This document shows, in pieces, positions 24,166-33,641 of a stretch of DNA of 64,000 nt. The stretch spans positions 1-64,000 of the IMG/VR virus record IMGVR_UViG_3300042337_000070, one strand, 5' to 3'. A model generated the notes under the pieces. That model ran no database searches and had not been told where the DNA came from. It saw only the letters and a program-made list of their open reading frames with translations. The translations under genes were made by a program, and so were the position numbers. Within the stretch, counting starts at the first letter, position 1; every line of letters begins with the position of its first letter. This DNA comes from a virus.

Positions 24166-25875
24166 TCAAAACTCTGCTCCCATCATTACACCAGAACCAT
24201 TACGAATGCGTTCTAGTAAGAATCGTGTTTCTGAAATTATACGCTCCATGAAGTAAAGAGCATTGTCACGGCGATCCTTGTCGTCAGACTTTGATACAAT
24301 TCTAACATGAGCCATTCCAAGCAATACAAGTCCAAACATCTTCATGTAGTCATAAGATGCAGAACCAGCATTGTTAGGATTTGCCATAGCATTACCAACA
24401 AGCCATTCTGTTGCCAATCTTAGGTCATTCAATGCAGCAGTTACAGGTTGAACAATGATATTGATTTCTGCCTCGCCATAAACACCGTTTATAAACTCTT
24501 TGCTATCATCCATGAACTTACGAATAGCACGACCCATGTCCTTTGGCAACTTACGACCAACAAGATCAAGAGCCTGAACGCCATTAGTTCCTTCATAGAT
24601 TTGAGCAATACGAGCATCACGAACAATCTGTTCCATACCCCATTCTCTAATATAACCATGACCACCAAAGACTTGCTGCGCCTTTACAGCGTTTTCAAAT
24701 CCATAGTCAGTAAGCACACCCTTTAGAACTGGAGTTAGTAGCCCGAGACGATCTTGTGCATCCTGACTTTCATCATCGCAAAGCATCGCCGCTTCCAATA
24801 CTAATAGACGGGCAGCTTCATTGATACAACGAATATCCATAAGCATACGGCGAACATCAGGGTGATGTATAATACTACACGGAGAGCGAACAACATTCTT
24901 GTCCAATCCAGTTGGATTGAGAACAGTACCTTGATGTCTTTCTTTAGCATATTCCAAAGCATTTTGATAAGCCAACTCCGATTGTGATAGTCCTTGAATA
25001 GCAACACCGAGTCTTGCCTCATTCATCATAACGAACATGGCATTTAGACCCTTGCCACGTTCACCAACAAGAAATCCAGTAGCACCGTCATAGTTCATAA
25101 CACAAGTTGGCGAACCATGAATACCCATCTTTTCTTCAATAGAACCACAAGTTACTTTATTACGAATACCAGAAAACATCTTAGGAACAATGAAAAGACT
25201 GATACCCTTTGTTCCTTCTGGATCGCCTTCAATACGAGCAAGCACAAGATGGATAATGTTATCTGCTAGATCATGTTCACCACATGAAATGAAAATCTTC
25301 TGACCTGTGATATAAAATTTATGAGAATAATCGTTATCATCTTGAGGAACAGCCTTTGTCTTGATCAGACCAAGGTCAGTACCACAATGAGGCTCTGTTA
25401 GATTCATTGTGCCTGTCCATTCACCAGATGCCATTCTAGGAATGAAGAATTGCTTTTGTTCTTCTGTTGCTACTTTGAGGAGTGCCTGAATAGCTCCACG
25501 AGTAAGCCCAGGGCAAAGAGAAAAAGCCATGTTAGACGAGGATACAAACTCGTTGACGCTAGACGCAAGTGCGTATGGTAAACCTTGTCCACCATACTGT
25601 TCAGGAACCGATAAACCAAGCCAACCTCCTTCTGTAAACTTTTGCCAAGGCTCGTAAAAGCAAGTAGGAACCTGAACAGTGTCAGTCTTCTCATCAGGTC
25701 CAATTTGGAAATGTCTAAAACATCCTTGCTTATCACCCTTTTGATTAGTTGGCGCAATGACTTCCTCACAGAGTTTTGCTGCCTCTGTAAGGATTGCTTC
25801 TGTGTTCTCGTTTTCAAAACCTAGAACATCTCGTAATAGAAAGATTGTTGATTCAGTTGGTGCGGTATATCTCAT
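24166..25875 (-). CDS. Acyl-CoA dehydrogenase
   Basis: GTMNLTEPHCGTDLG, ITGQKIFIS, EEKMGIHGSPTC, QVFGGHGY, IYEGTNGVQALDL. Confidence 0.95.
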   Translation of the reverse strand: MRYTAPTESTIFLLRDVLGFENENTEAILTEAAKLCEEVIAPTNQKGDKQGCFRHFQIGPDEKTDTVQVPTCFYEPWQKFTEGGWLGLSVPEQYGGQGLPYALASSVNEFVSSSNMAFSLCPGLTRGAIQALLKVATEEQKQFFIPRMASGEWTGTMNLTEPHCGTDLGLIKTKAVPQDDNDYSHKFYITGQKIFISCGEHDLADNIIHLVLARIEGDPEGTKGISLFIVPKMFSGIRNKVTCGSIEEKMGIHGSPTCVMNYDGATGFLVGERGKGLNAMFVMMNEARLGVAIQGLSQSELAYQNALEYAKERHQGTVLNPTGLDKNVVRSPCSIIHHPDVRRMLMDIRCINEAARLLVLEAAMLCDDESQDAQDRLGLLTPVLKGVLTDYGFENAVKAQQVFGGHGYIREWGMEQIVRDARIAQIYEGTNGVQALDLVGRKLPKDMGRAIRKFMDDSKEFINGVYGEAEINIIVQPVTAALNDLRLATEWLVGNAMANPNNAGSASYDYMKMFGLVLLGMAHVRIVSKSDDKDRRDNALYFMERIISETRFLLERIRNGSGVMMGAEF

Positions 25876-26063
25876 GATAGTCCTCTATGATCAAACTCAT
25901 CAGTGTGTTCAAGATTAGTCTTCTCTTTCTTGTCTAGATAGTCCATCCATTCTAAGACAGACTTATAAGAATGACTCTCAACATTCTTGTCGTAAGAATA
26001 CTGGACATTGTGTGATATTGTTGCTTCAATGAGCAATCTTAGTTCTTCCCACTTGTTTGTCAT
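25872..26063 (-). CDS. Hypothetical protein
   Basis: ATGA-coupled 63-aa ORF. Confidence 0.55.
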   Translation of the reverse strand: MTNKWEELRLLIEATISHNVQYSYDKNVESHSYKSVLEWMDYLDKKEKTNLEHTDEFDHRGLS

Positions 26064-26638
26064 TTCGTAGCCTCAATTTTTAAAACAGCATCTCTTGCAG
26101 GATACGGATTTCTTTCATCATCAACTCTAACAATTTTCTGAAATCCTGCTTCACTTAGCATCTTACTTAGAGACTTTTCACTAAACCCATTGATATGTCC
26201 CATGCCAGGAATCTTATGTTCTTCTGGGTGACGCCAACCACCAAAGAGATAATCCATAGCATTGTCCCAGGGGTCTTCGTTCTGTCTTAGCCAATCGACA
26301 TTGGCATTCTCGTTCCACGTTCCTTCAACAATCTGTGTCATGATCCATAGAACATCAGGACATGTAATCTCAAAGCGACCACCCGGCTTTAGAATGCGAT
26401 ATATCTCAGCAAGAACCTTTGGTGCATCAAACTTAGTAAGATGCTCGATAACGTCACCAAGATAAATCTTGTCTGCGCTATTGCTCTTGTAAGGATACGG
26501 GAAATGGCGCAGGTCGTGAACCTTGGTCACGCCTGCCCACTGATGCATATCCATTCTATCTGTTGAGTCCGGTTTAGGATGAGGACCCGAACCAATATCA
26601 AGAATCATTACTTTTTCTCCAATACAAACTTTAGACAC
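26060..26638 (-). CDS. Class I SAM methyltransferase (type 11)
   Basis: LDIGSG, VIEHL, RILKPGG. Confidence 0.85.
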   Translation of the reverse strand: MSKVCIGEKVMILDIGSGPHPKPDSTDRMDMHQWAGVTKVHDLRHFPYPYKSNSADKIYLGDVIEHLTKFDAPKVLAEIYRILKPGGRFEITCPDVLWIMTQIVEGTWNENANVDWLRQNEDPWDNAMDYLFGGWRHPEEHKIPGMGHINGFSEKSLSKMLSEAGFQKIVRVDDERNPYPARDAVLKIEATK

Positions 26639-27603
26639 ATGCGAATAGAATCATCTACCTTCATATTTGCCTTCCAACCAAGGTCTCTCTCAGCCTTCTC
26701 GACATCAGGAATACGAACCCTAACATCGTTTTCATATTCTCCAATTGTATTAAACAAAGGATAATAGTTAGGAAACAAACGATACTCATTAGCAGCAATG
26801 TCAATGATCTTTTCCGCTAGAAGACGCATGGAAATAGGTTCAGCATTACCTAGATTGTATATCTGATTATCTGTTTTGTCAATAAAAGAATAATCAGCAA
26901 TGGCCTGTGCAACCTCATCAATCCAGGTAAAGCAACGAATCTGCATACCGTCGCCGATGATCGGAAGAGGATGCTTTCTATCTACTACAATATTCTTGAT
27001 ATAGTCTGCAAAGACATGAGAGATTCCAACTTCTTCTGTTTCACTCTTTTCAAATGGTGTGATAATGTTGAATGGGCGCCAGATAGTAAACTTTAGACCA
27101 TGCTGCTTTAGATATGCCTTAGAAACACGCTCGCCGACAAACTTAGATAGACCATAGTCTGTGTATGGTGCTGGATAACTATCCACGATAAACTCTTCTA
27201 CAGGGAGACCTACCTTCTGTGGACAATTCTCATAGACCATTGATGAAGAGATATAAACAACCTTCTTTACATCATTAGCAACAGCAGCACGAAGCACATT
27301 GTCATGTAGTGTAATATCTTTATACATTTCACCACAATACTTATTGAATCCACCGACACCATAGATCGTTGCGGCAGCCTGAATGATATAATCAGGCTTT
27401 GTATTTTCCATTAGAGAATTTACTGACAACTTGTCAGTCAAGTCACACTTGATAAACTGATAGTCTGTTCCTGCGTGACCAAGACGCTCACCATATCGTG
27501 CTAGATTGTCCACACCAATAACAACATGACCTTTAGCAAGCAGCTTTGGAATCACTGCCTGCATTAGCGAACCCTCTGAACCCGTAACCAAAATCTTACT
27601 CAT
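26608..27603 (-). CDS. NAD-dependent sugar epimerase/dehydratase
   Basis: ILVTGSEG, SSSMVY, YGLSK, RPFN. Confidence 0.9.
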   Translation of the reverse strand: MSKILVTGSEGSLMQAVIPKLLAKGHVVIGVDNLARYGERLGHAGTDYQFIKCDLTDKLSVNSLMENTKPDYIIQAAATIYGVGGFNKYCGEMYKDITLHDNVLRAAVANDVKKVVYISSSMVYENCPQKVGLPVEEFIVDSYPAPYTDYGLSKFVGERVSKAYLKQHGLKFTIWRPFNIITPFEKSETEEVGISHVFADYIKNIVVDRKHPLPIIGDGMQIRCFTWIDEVAQAIADYSFIDKTDNQIYNLGNAEPISMRLLAEKIIDIAANEYRLFPNYYPLFNTIGEYENDVRVRIPDVEKAERDLGWKANMKVDDSIRMCLKFVLEKK

Positions 27604-28838
27604 AGATCGTCTCCCAACTTATAAATTCCATTCTTTGTTTTCTTACTCAATTCCCACATCTTCCATACATCAGCGATTACACAATTAGGTCCAAACATAC
27701 CGGGTGTATAATGCTCTACGAAAAATGTATGTGGAGTCATAACGACAACTGCATCATATTCGCTAAAGTCGGGCATTAATGTCTCTGGCATAACATACGG
27801 ATCAATAATGAATGCTGCTGCACCGTGCTTGTTACAAACCTTTCGCATCTTATATGAAAGGCTATTTCTTGTGTCGTCACAATCTTTCTTGAACGCTGCG
27901 CCTAGAATAAGAACCTTATTCAGCTTCGGTGAAAGTTTCGAGATAGACTGCCAAATATAGTCTGGCATGCCTTCATTGATAAGAAAACTAACTTGAATAA
28001 GGTCAGCAAAAGGTACACTATCAAGCAGAAAGCGACCATCTTTGAAGAGACAAGGACCACCGACATTTGGTCCTGGAAGCGGGACATCCATTCTCTCATA
28101 TCCATAGTTCGCAGACTTGATAACCTTTTCAATATTGACTCCATGCTTATCTCCAATCATATACATCTCATTAGCAAATGCAAACGAGACATAACGCCAC
28201 ATGTTTGTCATCAGCTTGGCAATCTCTGCTTCTCTTGGTGTAAGAAAGAGAGAAGATTCATTCATGAATGTTTGTAGAAAATCTACAGTCTGATTATATG
28301 ACCAAGAAGAGAATGCGCCAACAAGTGCAGGAAGATTCTTTGTTTCTTCGATACCCTTTGTCTGTAATACACGCTCAGGACAGAACACAAGAAAGAAGTC
28401 TTCACTTTCTTTTAGACCTGTATTCTTTTCAATTCTATCTCTAATAACTTCTGTAGTGCCGGGAGAAACAGTTGATCTAAGAATGATTAGAACACCTTTT
28501 TTCATTGAATGTATAAGGATATTATCAATAAAGTCAAACAGACTATCCAAACGAGGATTGTTCTCTTCATCAACCGGTGTGCCAAGCATGATCGCCACAA
28601 CATCGCTTTCTGCGATATGTCTTGGACTCGTTGTAAAAGAAAGACGCTTTGTTTCAAACAAATGCTTTCTTAGCAATGCTTCTGCACCGTGTTCAACATA
28701 AGGCACAGTGCCTTCATTCAATATAAACACAATCTCATCATTTAGGTCATAACCACATACATCATGACCTGCCTCTGCAACCACAAGAGAGAAAGGTAGT
28801 CCAACATGTCCACCTGCACCAACAACTGTCACTTTCAT
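27600..28838 (-). CDS. Nucleotide-sugar (UDP-glucose/GDP-mannose family) dehydrogenase
   Basis: GAGGHVGLP, STVSPGTT, CPER, GGPCLFKD, FKKDCDDTRNS. Confidence 0.92.
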   Translation of the reverse strand: MKVTVVGAGGHVGLPFSLVVAEAGHDVCGYDLNDEIVFILNEGTVPYVEHGAEALLRKHLFETKRLSFTTSPRHIAESDVVAIMLGTPVDEENNPRLDSLFDFIDNILIHSMKKGVLIILRSTVSPGTTEVIRDRIEKNTGLKESEDFFLVFCPERVLQTKGIEETKNLPALVGAFSSWSYNQTVDFLQTFMNESSLFLTPREAEIAKLMTNMWRYVSFAFANEMYMIGDKHGVNIEKVIKSANYGYERMDVPLPGPNVGGPCLFKDGRFLLDSVPFADLIQVSFLINEGMPDYIWQSISKLSPKLNKVLILGAAFKKDCDDTRNSLSYKMRKVCNKHGAAAFIIDPYVMPETLMPDFSEYDAVVVMTPHTFFVEHYTPGMFGPNCVIADVWKMWELSKKTKNGIYKLGDDL

Positions 28839-29794
28839 CTTAGAGTCTCCAGTAAAACATCTTCTATATCATTACAGGTATCTTGAATGGTATGATTGCA
28901 CATAACATAGTTGTATGCGTCTTCTACCTGACAATCGTTATACTCATAGTTTCTCAAAAGTTCCATGAGTTCCTGTTCATTTTGATATGTAGTACCATAA
29001 TAGCACATATCTTTCGCTCCTGCAATAGCTCTTGCATACCAAGGCGTCCTATTCATCATTGCTTCCAAGAGGACTAGACCGAAACCTTCCTCGTAGGAAT
29101 TTAGAATGTAGGCATCCGCCTCGCCTATAGCAAACAATATATCCGTCTTACTTTTCCCAAAGAAGCATTTGACATTGTGAGTATCGGTAGGCATCAGATG
29201 TTGCTCGCCGTATCCGTATAGATGCAACTCAGCATTAGGAATGTTTGCTTTTGTAAATGCTTCTGCGAGAGGTGTCATGGCCTTGTGCTCCCAGAAACCA
29301 CCGGCTGAAACAAACGTTAGTTTATCATAGTCTTTCTTTGCTCTCATATACTGTAGAGGTGGAATGCCATGACGAATGCGGCGGCCTTTTTCCTCAACAT
29401 CATACTTTCTTAGATGTTCTACGTCCATAGAAGTAGAGTATCCGAGAAAACGATGCTGTCTTAGACCATTCACACAGATTGGACTATCGCTTGGTTTGAC
29501 GATTAGATATAGAACATTCTGTTTATTCTCTAGAAGTGGACCAGCGTTTGCATGAATGATGTTTTGTGAAATACAATCCCCACCATGAACTACAATCAAG
29601 TCCCATCTTTGATTGAGGACTTGTTGATAGTCATTAGAGACTTTTACACCATTATATTCACCCTGATGCTCATGAGCCAATACAAAAACTTCATGTTGAC
29701 GTTTGAGCATTTCCTCAGCCATGTTTTGCACATAGTATTCGCTACCACCAGGAAATGGCGCATATCTGTGAACTACAAACAATACTTTCATCAA
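28835..29794 (-). CDS. GT4-family glycosyltransferase
   Basis: GGSE, EGFGLVLLEAM. Confidence 0.85.
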   Translation of the reverse strand: MMKVLFVVHRYAPFPGGSEYYVQNMAEEMLKRQHEVFVLAHEHQGEYNGVKVSNDYQQVLNQRWDLIVVHGGDCISQNIIHANAGPLLENKQNVLYLIVKPSDSPICVNGLRQHRFLGYSTSMDVEHLRKYDVEEKGRRIRHGIPPLQYMRAKKDYDKLTFVSAGGFWEHKAMTPLAEAFTKANIPNAELHLYGYGEQHLMPTDTHNVKCFFGKSKTDILFAIGEADAYILNSYEEGFGLVLLEAMMNRTPWYARAIAGAKDMCYYGTTYQNEQELMELLRNYEYNDCQVEDAYNYVMCNHTIQDTCNDIEDVLLETLR

Positions 29795-30669
29795 TCACCT
29801 ATCACAAATGTTTCCCACCAGTCACACAGATTGTTCATGTCTGTAAACTCGTTAGGAATATTATTCTTGAACGCCGGTTGTTCTATAATATCTAGATACT
29901 CTCTTTTACCGGCTGGTGAGTCTAGATGAATAATATAGTCTACCAATTTGTTAAATGTACCATGATCTGATGCATTGATGAATGCTTTTGGATTGAAATC
30001 TCTACCTACAGTAGGCGAACCCCAATAGATTGGCATTGTCTTTACCTGAAACGCATTGAGAATCTTTTCTGTCACATAACCAGGATAAGAACCATTCTCA
30101 AAGCAAATATTGAAACGATAGTTGTTCAAGAATGCCAGTTTGTATTCTAACTTATCTCTAGGAAGAACATGACCGATATTGTTTAGATGCGGTCCACCTG
30201 ATGCTACTCTCTTATACTCATTGACAAAATGAAAGGCTTTGTTTCTCATATCTTGATTAGGATTAGAAACTACGAAAGAACAAAAGTCACGATTGTTATA
30301 AAGTTCTTCATAGTCTATTATCTCAGGACACAACCAATGATAGTCGTCGGTCCATCCCTCTACAACTGCTCCCCACATGTCAATAACATAGAGGGGCAGA
30401 CGATAATGCCTTGGACTATTCTCATGATCAAATGTCATAGCATATTGACATTCATCCCAACGTGGACGAACATTTTCACCAGTATAGAAAACTTTCTTGA
30501 CTTCTGGGCCGAACCTGCGGTGAGATTGTCCATAGACTCCCTCACCGTAAATTAGATAGTCTGGATTAGTATCGTCACGAATTATGTGGAAACGTTTACC
30601 TAGAGCATAGGTAAAGAAGTTGATTGCTGTTGAGAATGTATCAGCAAAACCTAATTTCACGATTTTCAT
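29791..30669 (-). CDS. GT10 alpha-1,3-fucosyltransferase-like protein
   Basis: FYTGEN, FVVSN, YRFNICFEN...GYVTEKI, PIYWG. Confidence 0.88.
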   Translation of the reverse strand: MKIVKLGFADTFSTAINFFTYALGKRFHIIRDDTNPDYLIYGEGVYGQSHRRFGPEVKKVFYTGENVRPRWDECQYAMTFDHENSPRHYRLPLYVIDMWGAVVEGWTDDYHWLCPEIIDYEELYNNRDFCSFVVSNPNQDMRNKAFHFVNEYKRVASGGPHLNNIGHVLPRDKLEYKLAFLNNYRFNICFENGSYPGYVTEKILNAFQVKTMPIYWGSPTVGRDFNPKAFINASDHGTFNKLVDYIIHLDSPAGKREYLDIIEQPAFKNNIPNEFTDMNNLCDWWETFVIGD

Positions 30670-31274
30670 TACTTATACCAGAAGAATGCGGAGTTAAGTG
30701 ATAGGTTGATTGGTGCAGTAATCTTATTCTTCACTCTAAAGTCATCAACAGCTCGCTTCACAGATTCTAAAGCAGTGTAATCGTGACCACAGAAGAAACC
30801 ACCCTTCTTCAAGAAAGGATAATACAGTTCACAGTCTGCTATGGTCGCCTCATATGAATGATCGCCATCGACAAAGATAAAGTCAAAAGGTTCCTCGACA
30901 CCATAATCAATGATAGACTTCATCTTTTCAGCAGCAATAACAGAACGTTCACGAATCATCTGCACCCTCTCACCATATGGCTTTAGGTTCTCTTGTGCAA
31001 TCATCATAAACTTGTCAACTACTTCCTGTGTAATCTCACCATTCCAGTCACCGTATGCCTTGTAAGGGTCGACTGTATATATTTTAAGAATGTTAGGGCA
31101 TCTGTCTAACAGAAATGCAGTAGACTCAGCACGACAGGTACCAATCTCTAAACCAACTAGATCAGTTCCTAGACGCTTGATATAAGGAGCAAGTCCTCTT
31201 GTTGATACCCAATCATAAGGCCACTTGTCTCCAAGTTCCTTGATTGTCATAAAGTCTTCATCAGTTAGTGCCAT
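30669..31274 (-). CDS. Methyltransferase (Methyltransf_24-like)
   Basis: EIGTCRAES, FVDGDHSYE, GHDY. Confidence 0.85.
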   Translation of the reverse strand: MALTDEDFMTIKELGDKWPYDWVSTRGLAPYIKRLGTDLVGLEIGTCRAESTAFLLDRCPNILKIYTVDPYKAYGDWNGEITQEVVDKFMMIAQENLKPYGERVQMIRERSVIAAEKMKSIIDYGVEEPFDFIFVDGDHSYEATIADCELYYPFLKKGGFFCGHDYTALESVKRAVDDFRVKNKITAPINLSLNSAFFWYK

Positions 31275-32172
31275 ATTTCACCTCAATCATTTGCTTCCAT
31301 GCTGGAACACGATCCCATTGGTGAAGAACCGTAACCACATCATCATTAATATATATCTTGCTGTCCTTGACGCTGTATTGAACGTCATTGATAAACTCAA
31401 CCTTCATGTTAGGATTCTGACGATACGCTTCACCAATACCACCTGATCCTGCTTCGATAGCAGGCATTGAAGTACCTGCATGAAGCACCCAACCGTGTGC
31501 AGGATGAGCAAACAGAGTTGAATACTTATAGACTGTCATATCAAGCATGATGTTCATAGCTGCCTGATCCGGTCCTCCGCCACCTTCGACATGAGGATTA
31601 AGACCCTGACAAATCAGATACAGGTTGAGGCAAAAGTCTTTGACGCTTTCCATATCACCAGCGATAACACCGGCACAGAAGATCGGATCATCCTTCTTAA
31701 TATCATAGAAGTATTCACCAAAAGACTTGCGAAGGTTATTATTTCCCCATGGTTCATTAGCGTATGTGAGGTTCTCTGTACCTACAATTAGGTCGAAACC
31801 CTGTGCAAAATACTTATTGAGCCACTGAGTTGGATCTTCCTGAAACACAACGTCTCTAACATCAGTGATAATAACACGATCCACCATCTGTGGATCATCA
31901 AGCATCTTTAAAAAATGATGAATGTGAATGAAGCGATTGACCATGATGCTACCAGGAACATCATATGTAAACCCTGTAGTCTGATCAAATCCTGATGCAC
32001 CAATTAGCATGAATCCTTTTTGTGTAAGAATGTCTGCCGTATCTTTATTCATGTTGTAAACGATAAGAGCCTTGTATCCATCGAAACCTGATTGCTCAAT
32101 CGAGTTTGCCCAATACTTAATCTTATCCCAGTCGTAATGATCTACGACACCTACAATCAGGTCCTTAGCCAT
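31261..32172 (-). CDS. Putative GT-A glycosyltransferase
   Basis: TDVRDVVFQ, DQAAMN, HQWDR. Confidence 0.7.
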   Translation of the reverse strand: MAKDLIVGVVDHYDWDKIKYWANSIEQSGFDGYKALIVYNMNKDTADILTQKGFMLIGASGFDQTTGFTYDVPGSIMVNRFIHIHHFLKMLDDPQMVDRVIITDVRDVVFQEDPTQWLNKYFAQGFDLIVGTENLTYANEPWGNNNLRKSFGEYFYDIKKDDPIFCAGVIAGDMESVKDFCLNLYLICQGLNPHVEGGGGPDQAAMNIMLDMTVYKYSTLFAHPAHGWVLHAGTSMPAIEAGSGGIGEAYRQNPNMKVEFINDVQYSVKDSKIYINDDVVTVLHQWDRVPAWKQMIEVKYGTN

Positions 32173-32912
32173 GGGAACTTACCTCCATAATATGCCTCTT
32201 GTGTTTTGTTACCTTCAATAAAGAACTCTTCGGTAACTGAATTAGGATTACCATCTAGACGATAGCAAAGAGTATGCTTGCCGTTCGTATCATAGTTAGC
32301 ATGGTCTTTGACTGAATATAAAAACTGTCTATCACCACCCCATCCAGAGTGCCAGAAATGACATGTTCTTTGAATGAACTCTCTCTTGAAACAGAAAGAA
32401 GATGTATCGATTAGATAATGCTTACCATGAGGAGAGTGGCGAGATAGAAAGATTTCCCACTTGCCAAGACTCTCACAGTTATCGTCACAAAGATACTCTT
32501 TATCAGGTGAAAAAATCTTGCGAAGTGAATAAGAAAAGTCTAGGTTCTTTGCTTCGATAGTCTTGACTAGTGTTTCAACATGGTCGGGTTCATACCAGTT
32601 GTCTTCGTCTAGAAAAAGAATGTAATCTGAGTTGATTAGATGTGGATAGGCAGCATAGATACGATGACCATAAAAGTTGCCACCTGTCTTGCCCGTATTT
32701 TCTGGCGCTGCAACGAATGTGATTCCATCACTATATGCTACACCTATACCACATGCATCAACAGCATTTTGCCATTTTTCAGGTCCATCTACCACAACAA
32801 CATGCTTACACTTGTAAGTCTGTTTCTTTACAGATTCAATAGCGTCTAATAGTTTAGGAGAACCGATTGTAGGTGTGATAACTGTAACTGGTTTTTCAAT
32901 CACTAGATTCAT
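32157..32912 (-). CDS. GT2-family glycosyltransferase
   Basis: VITPT, VVVDG, FLDEDN. Confidence 0.85.
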   Translation of the reverse strand: MNLVIEKPVTVITPTIGSPKLLDAIESVKKQTYKCKHVVVVDGPEKWQNAVDACGIGVAYSDGITFVAAPENTGKTGGNFYGHRIYAAYPHLINSDYILFLDEDNWYEPDHVETLVKTIEAKNLDFSYSLRKIFSPDKEYLCDDNCESLGKWEIFLSRHSPHGKHYLIDTSSFCFKREFIQRTCHFWHSGWGGDRQFLYSVKDHANYDTNGKHTLCYRLDGNPNSVTEEFFIEGNKTQEAYYGGKFPWLRT

Positions 32913-32995
32913 AATAACCTCATTTGTAAATGGGGAGGGTTACCCCTCCCCGATAAACCTTCTGGTGCGCCTAAGCGTGAAGGTTCTGATTATTC

Positions 32996-33544
32996 TTATT
33001 TAGGTGACATACTATCTGCGATCTTCTGTGCCATTGAACCCCAGTTCTTAGCACTTTCGTTCAATAGTTGCTTTGTCGTTTCCTGAACACCAAATGGATC
33101 TAAGATATCAATCTTCTTAGTTTTCTTCTCCTCAGGAACAAAGCGTTCAAGGAAGATTTTGAGCATACCGTTGGCGAGTTCAGCATTCTTCACTTCCACT
33201 GTATCTGCAATGGTGAACTTCCGAGTGAATGCTCGATTGGCAATACCCTTATGAAGGTAGTCGCCTTCTTCGGTTTCGGTACTGCCTGTGATTGTTAGAA
33301 CATCGCTCTTTAGTTCAATATCAAGATTATGCTTGCCGAAACCAGCAACAGCCATCTCGATCACATAATGTTCATCATCAATCTTCTTTACATTGTAAGG
33401 AGGGTATGCTGGAATCTTTGGTAGGTAATCATTTGCTTCTGCGATGCGTTGGAGCACCTGTTCAAATCCAATAGCACCCTTTGAGATATCATTAGCAAAG
33501 GTGAATGGATCAAACCAGAACTTATCTGTATTCTTGTTAGTCAT
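32996..33544 (-). CDS. Small heat-shock protein Hsp20 (IbpA-like)
   Basis: YPPYNV, IEMAVAGF, YLHKGIANRAFTRKF, NGMLKI; start at ATG 33544. Confidence 0.95.
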   Translation of the reverse strand: MTNKNTDKFWFDPFTFANDISKGAIGFEQVLQRIAEANDYLPKIPAYPPYNVKKIDDEHYVIEMAVAGFGKHNLDIELKSDVLTITGSTETEEGDYLHKGIANRAFTRKFTIADTVEVKNAELANGMLKIFLERFVPEEKKTKKIDILDPFGVQETTKQLLNESAKNWGSMAQKIADSMSPK

Positions 33545-33638
33545 ATGTTTTCTCCTATAGTTAGCGAGAAGTAAAGAGAATGGTACCGTCGTGGCACCAT
33601 TCTCAAACATTATATAGTAAACTTCACAGGTTTGTCAA
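33542..33638 (-). promoter_or_regulatory. ROSE-like RNA thermometer and promoter of hsp20
   Basis: TTGACA-N18-TATAAT; 12-bp hairpin; TTCTC-G-CT/AG-GAGAA with UCGCU opposite the SD. Confidence 0.75.
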
Positions 33639-33641
33639 GCG

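Noticed and set aside
22817-25875. Host chromosomal contamination
   Set aside because: No pmoA/pmoB; AT-rich phage-like codons, phage promoter motif and phage-type neighbours
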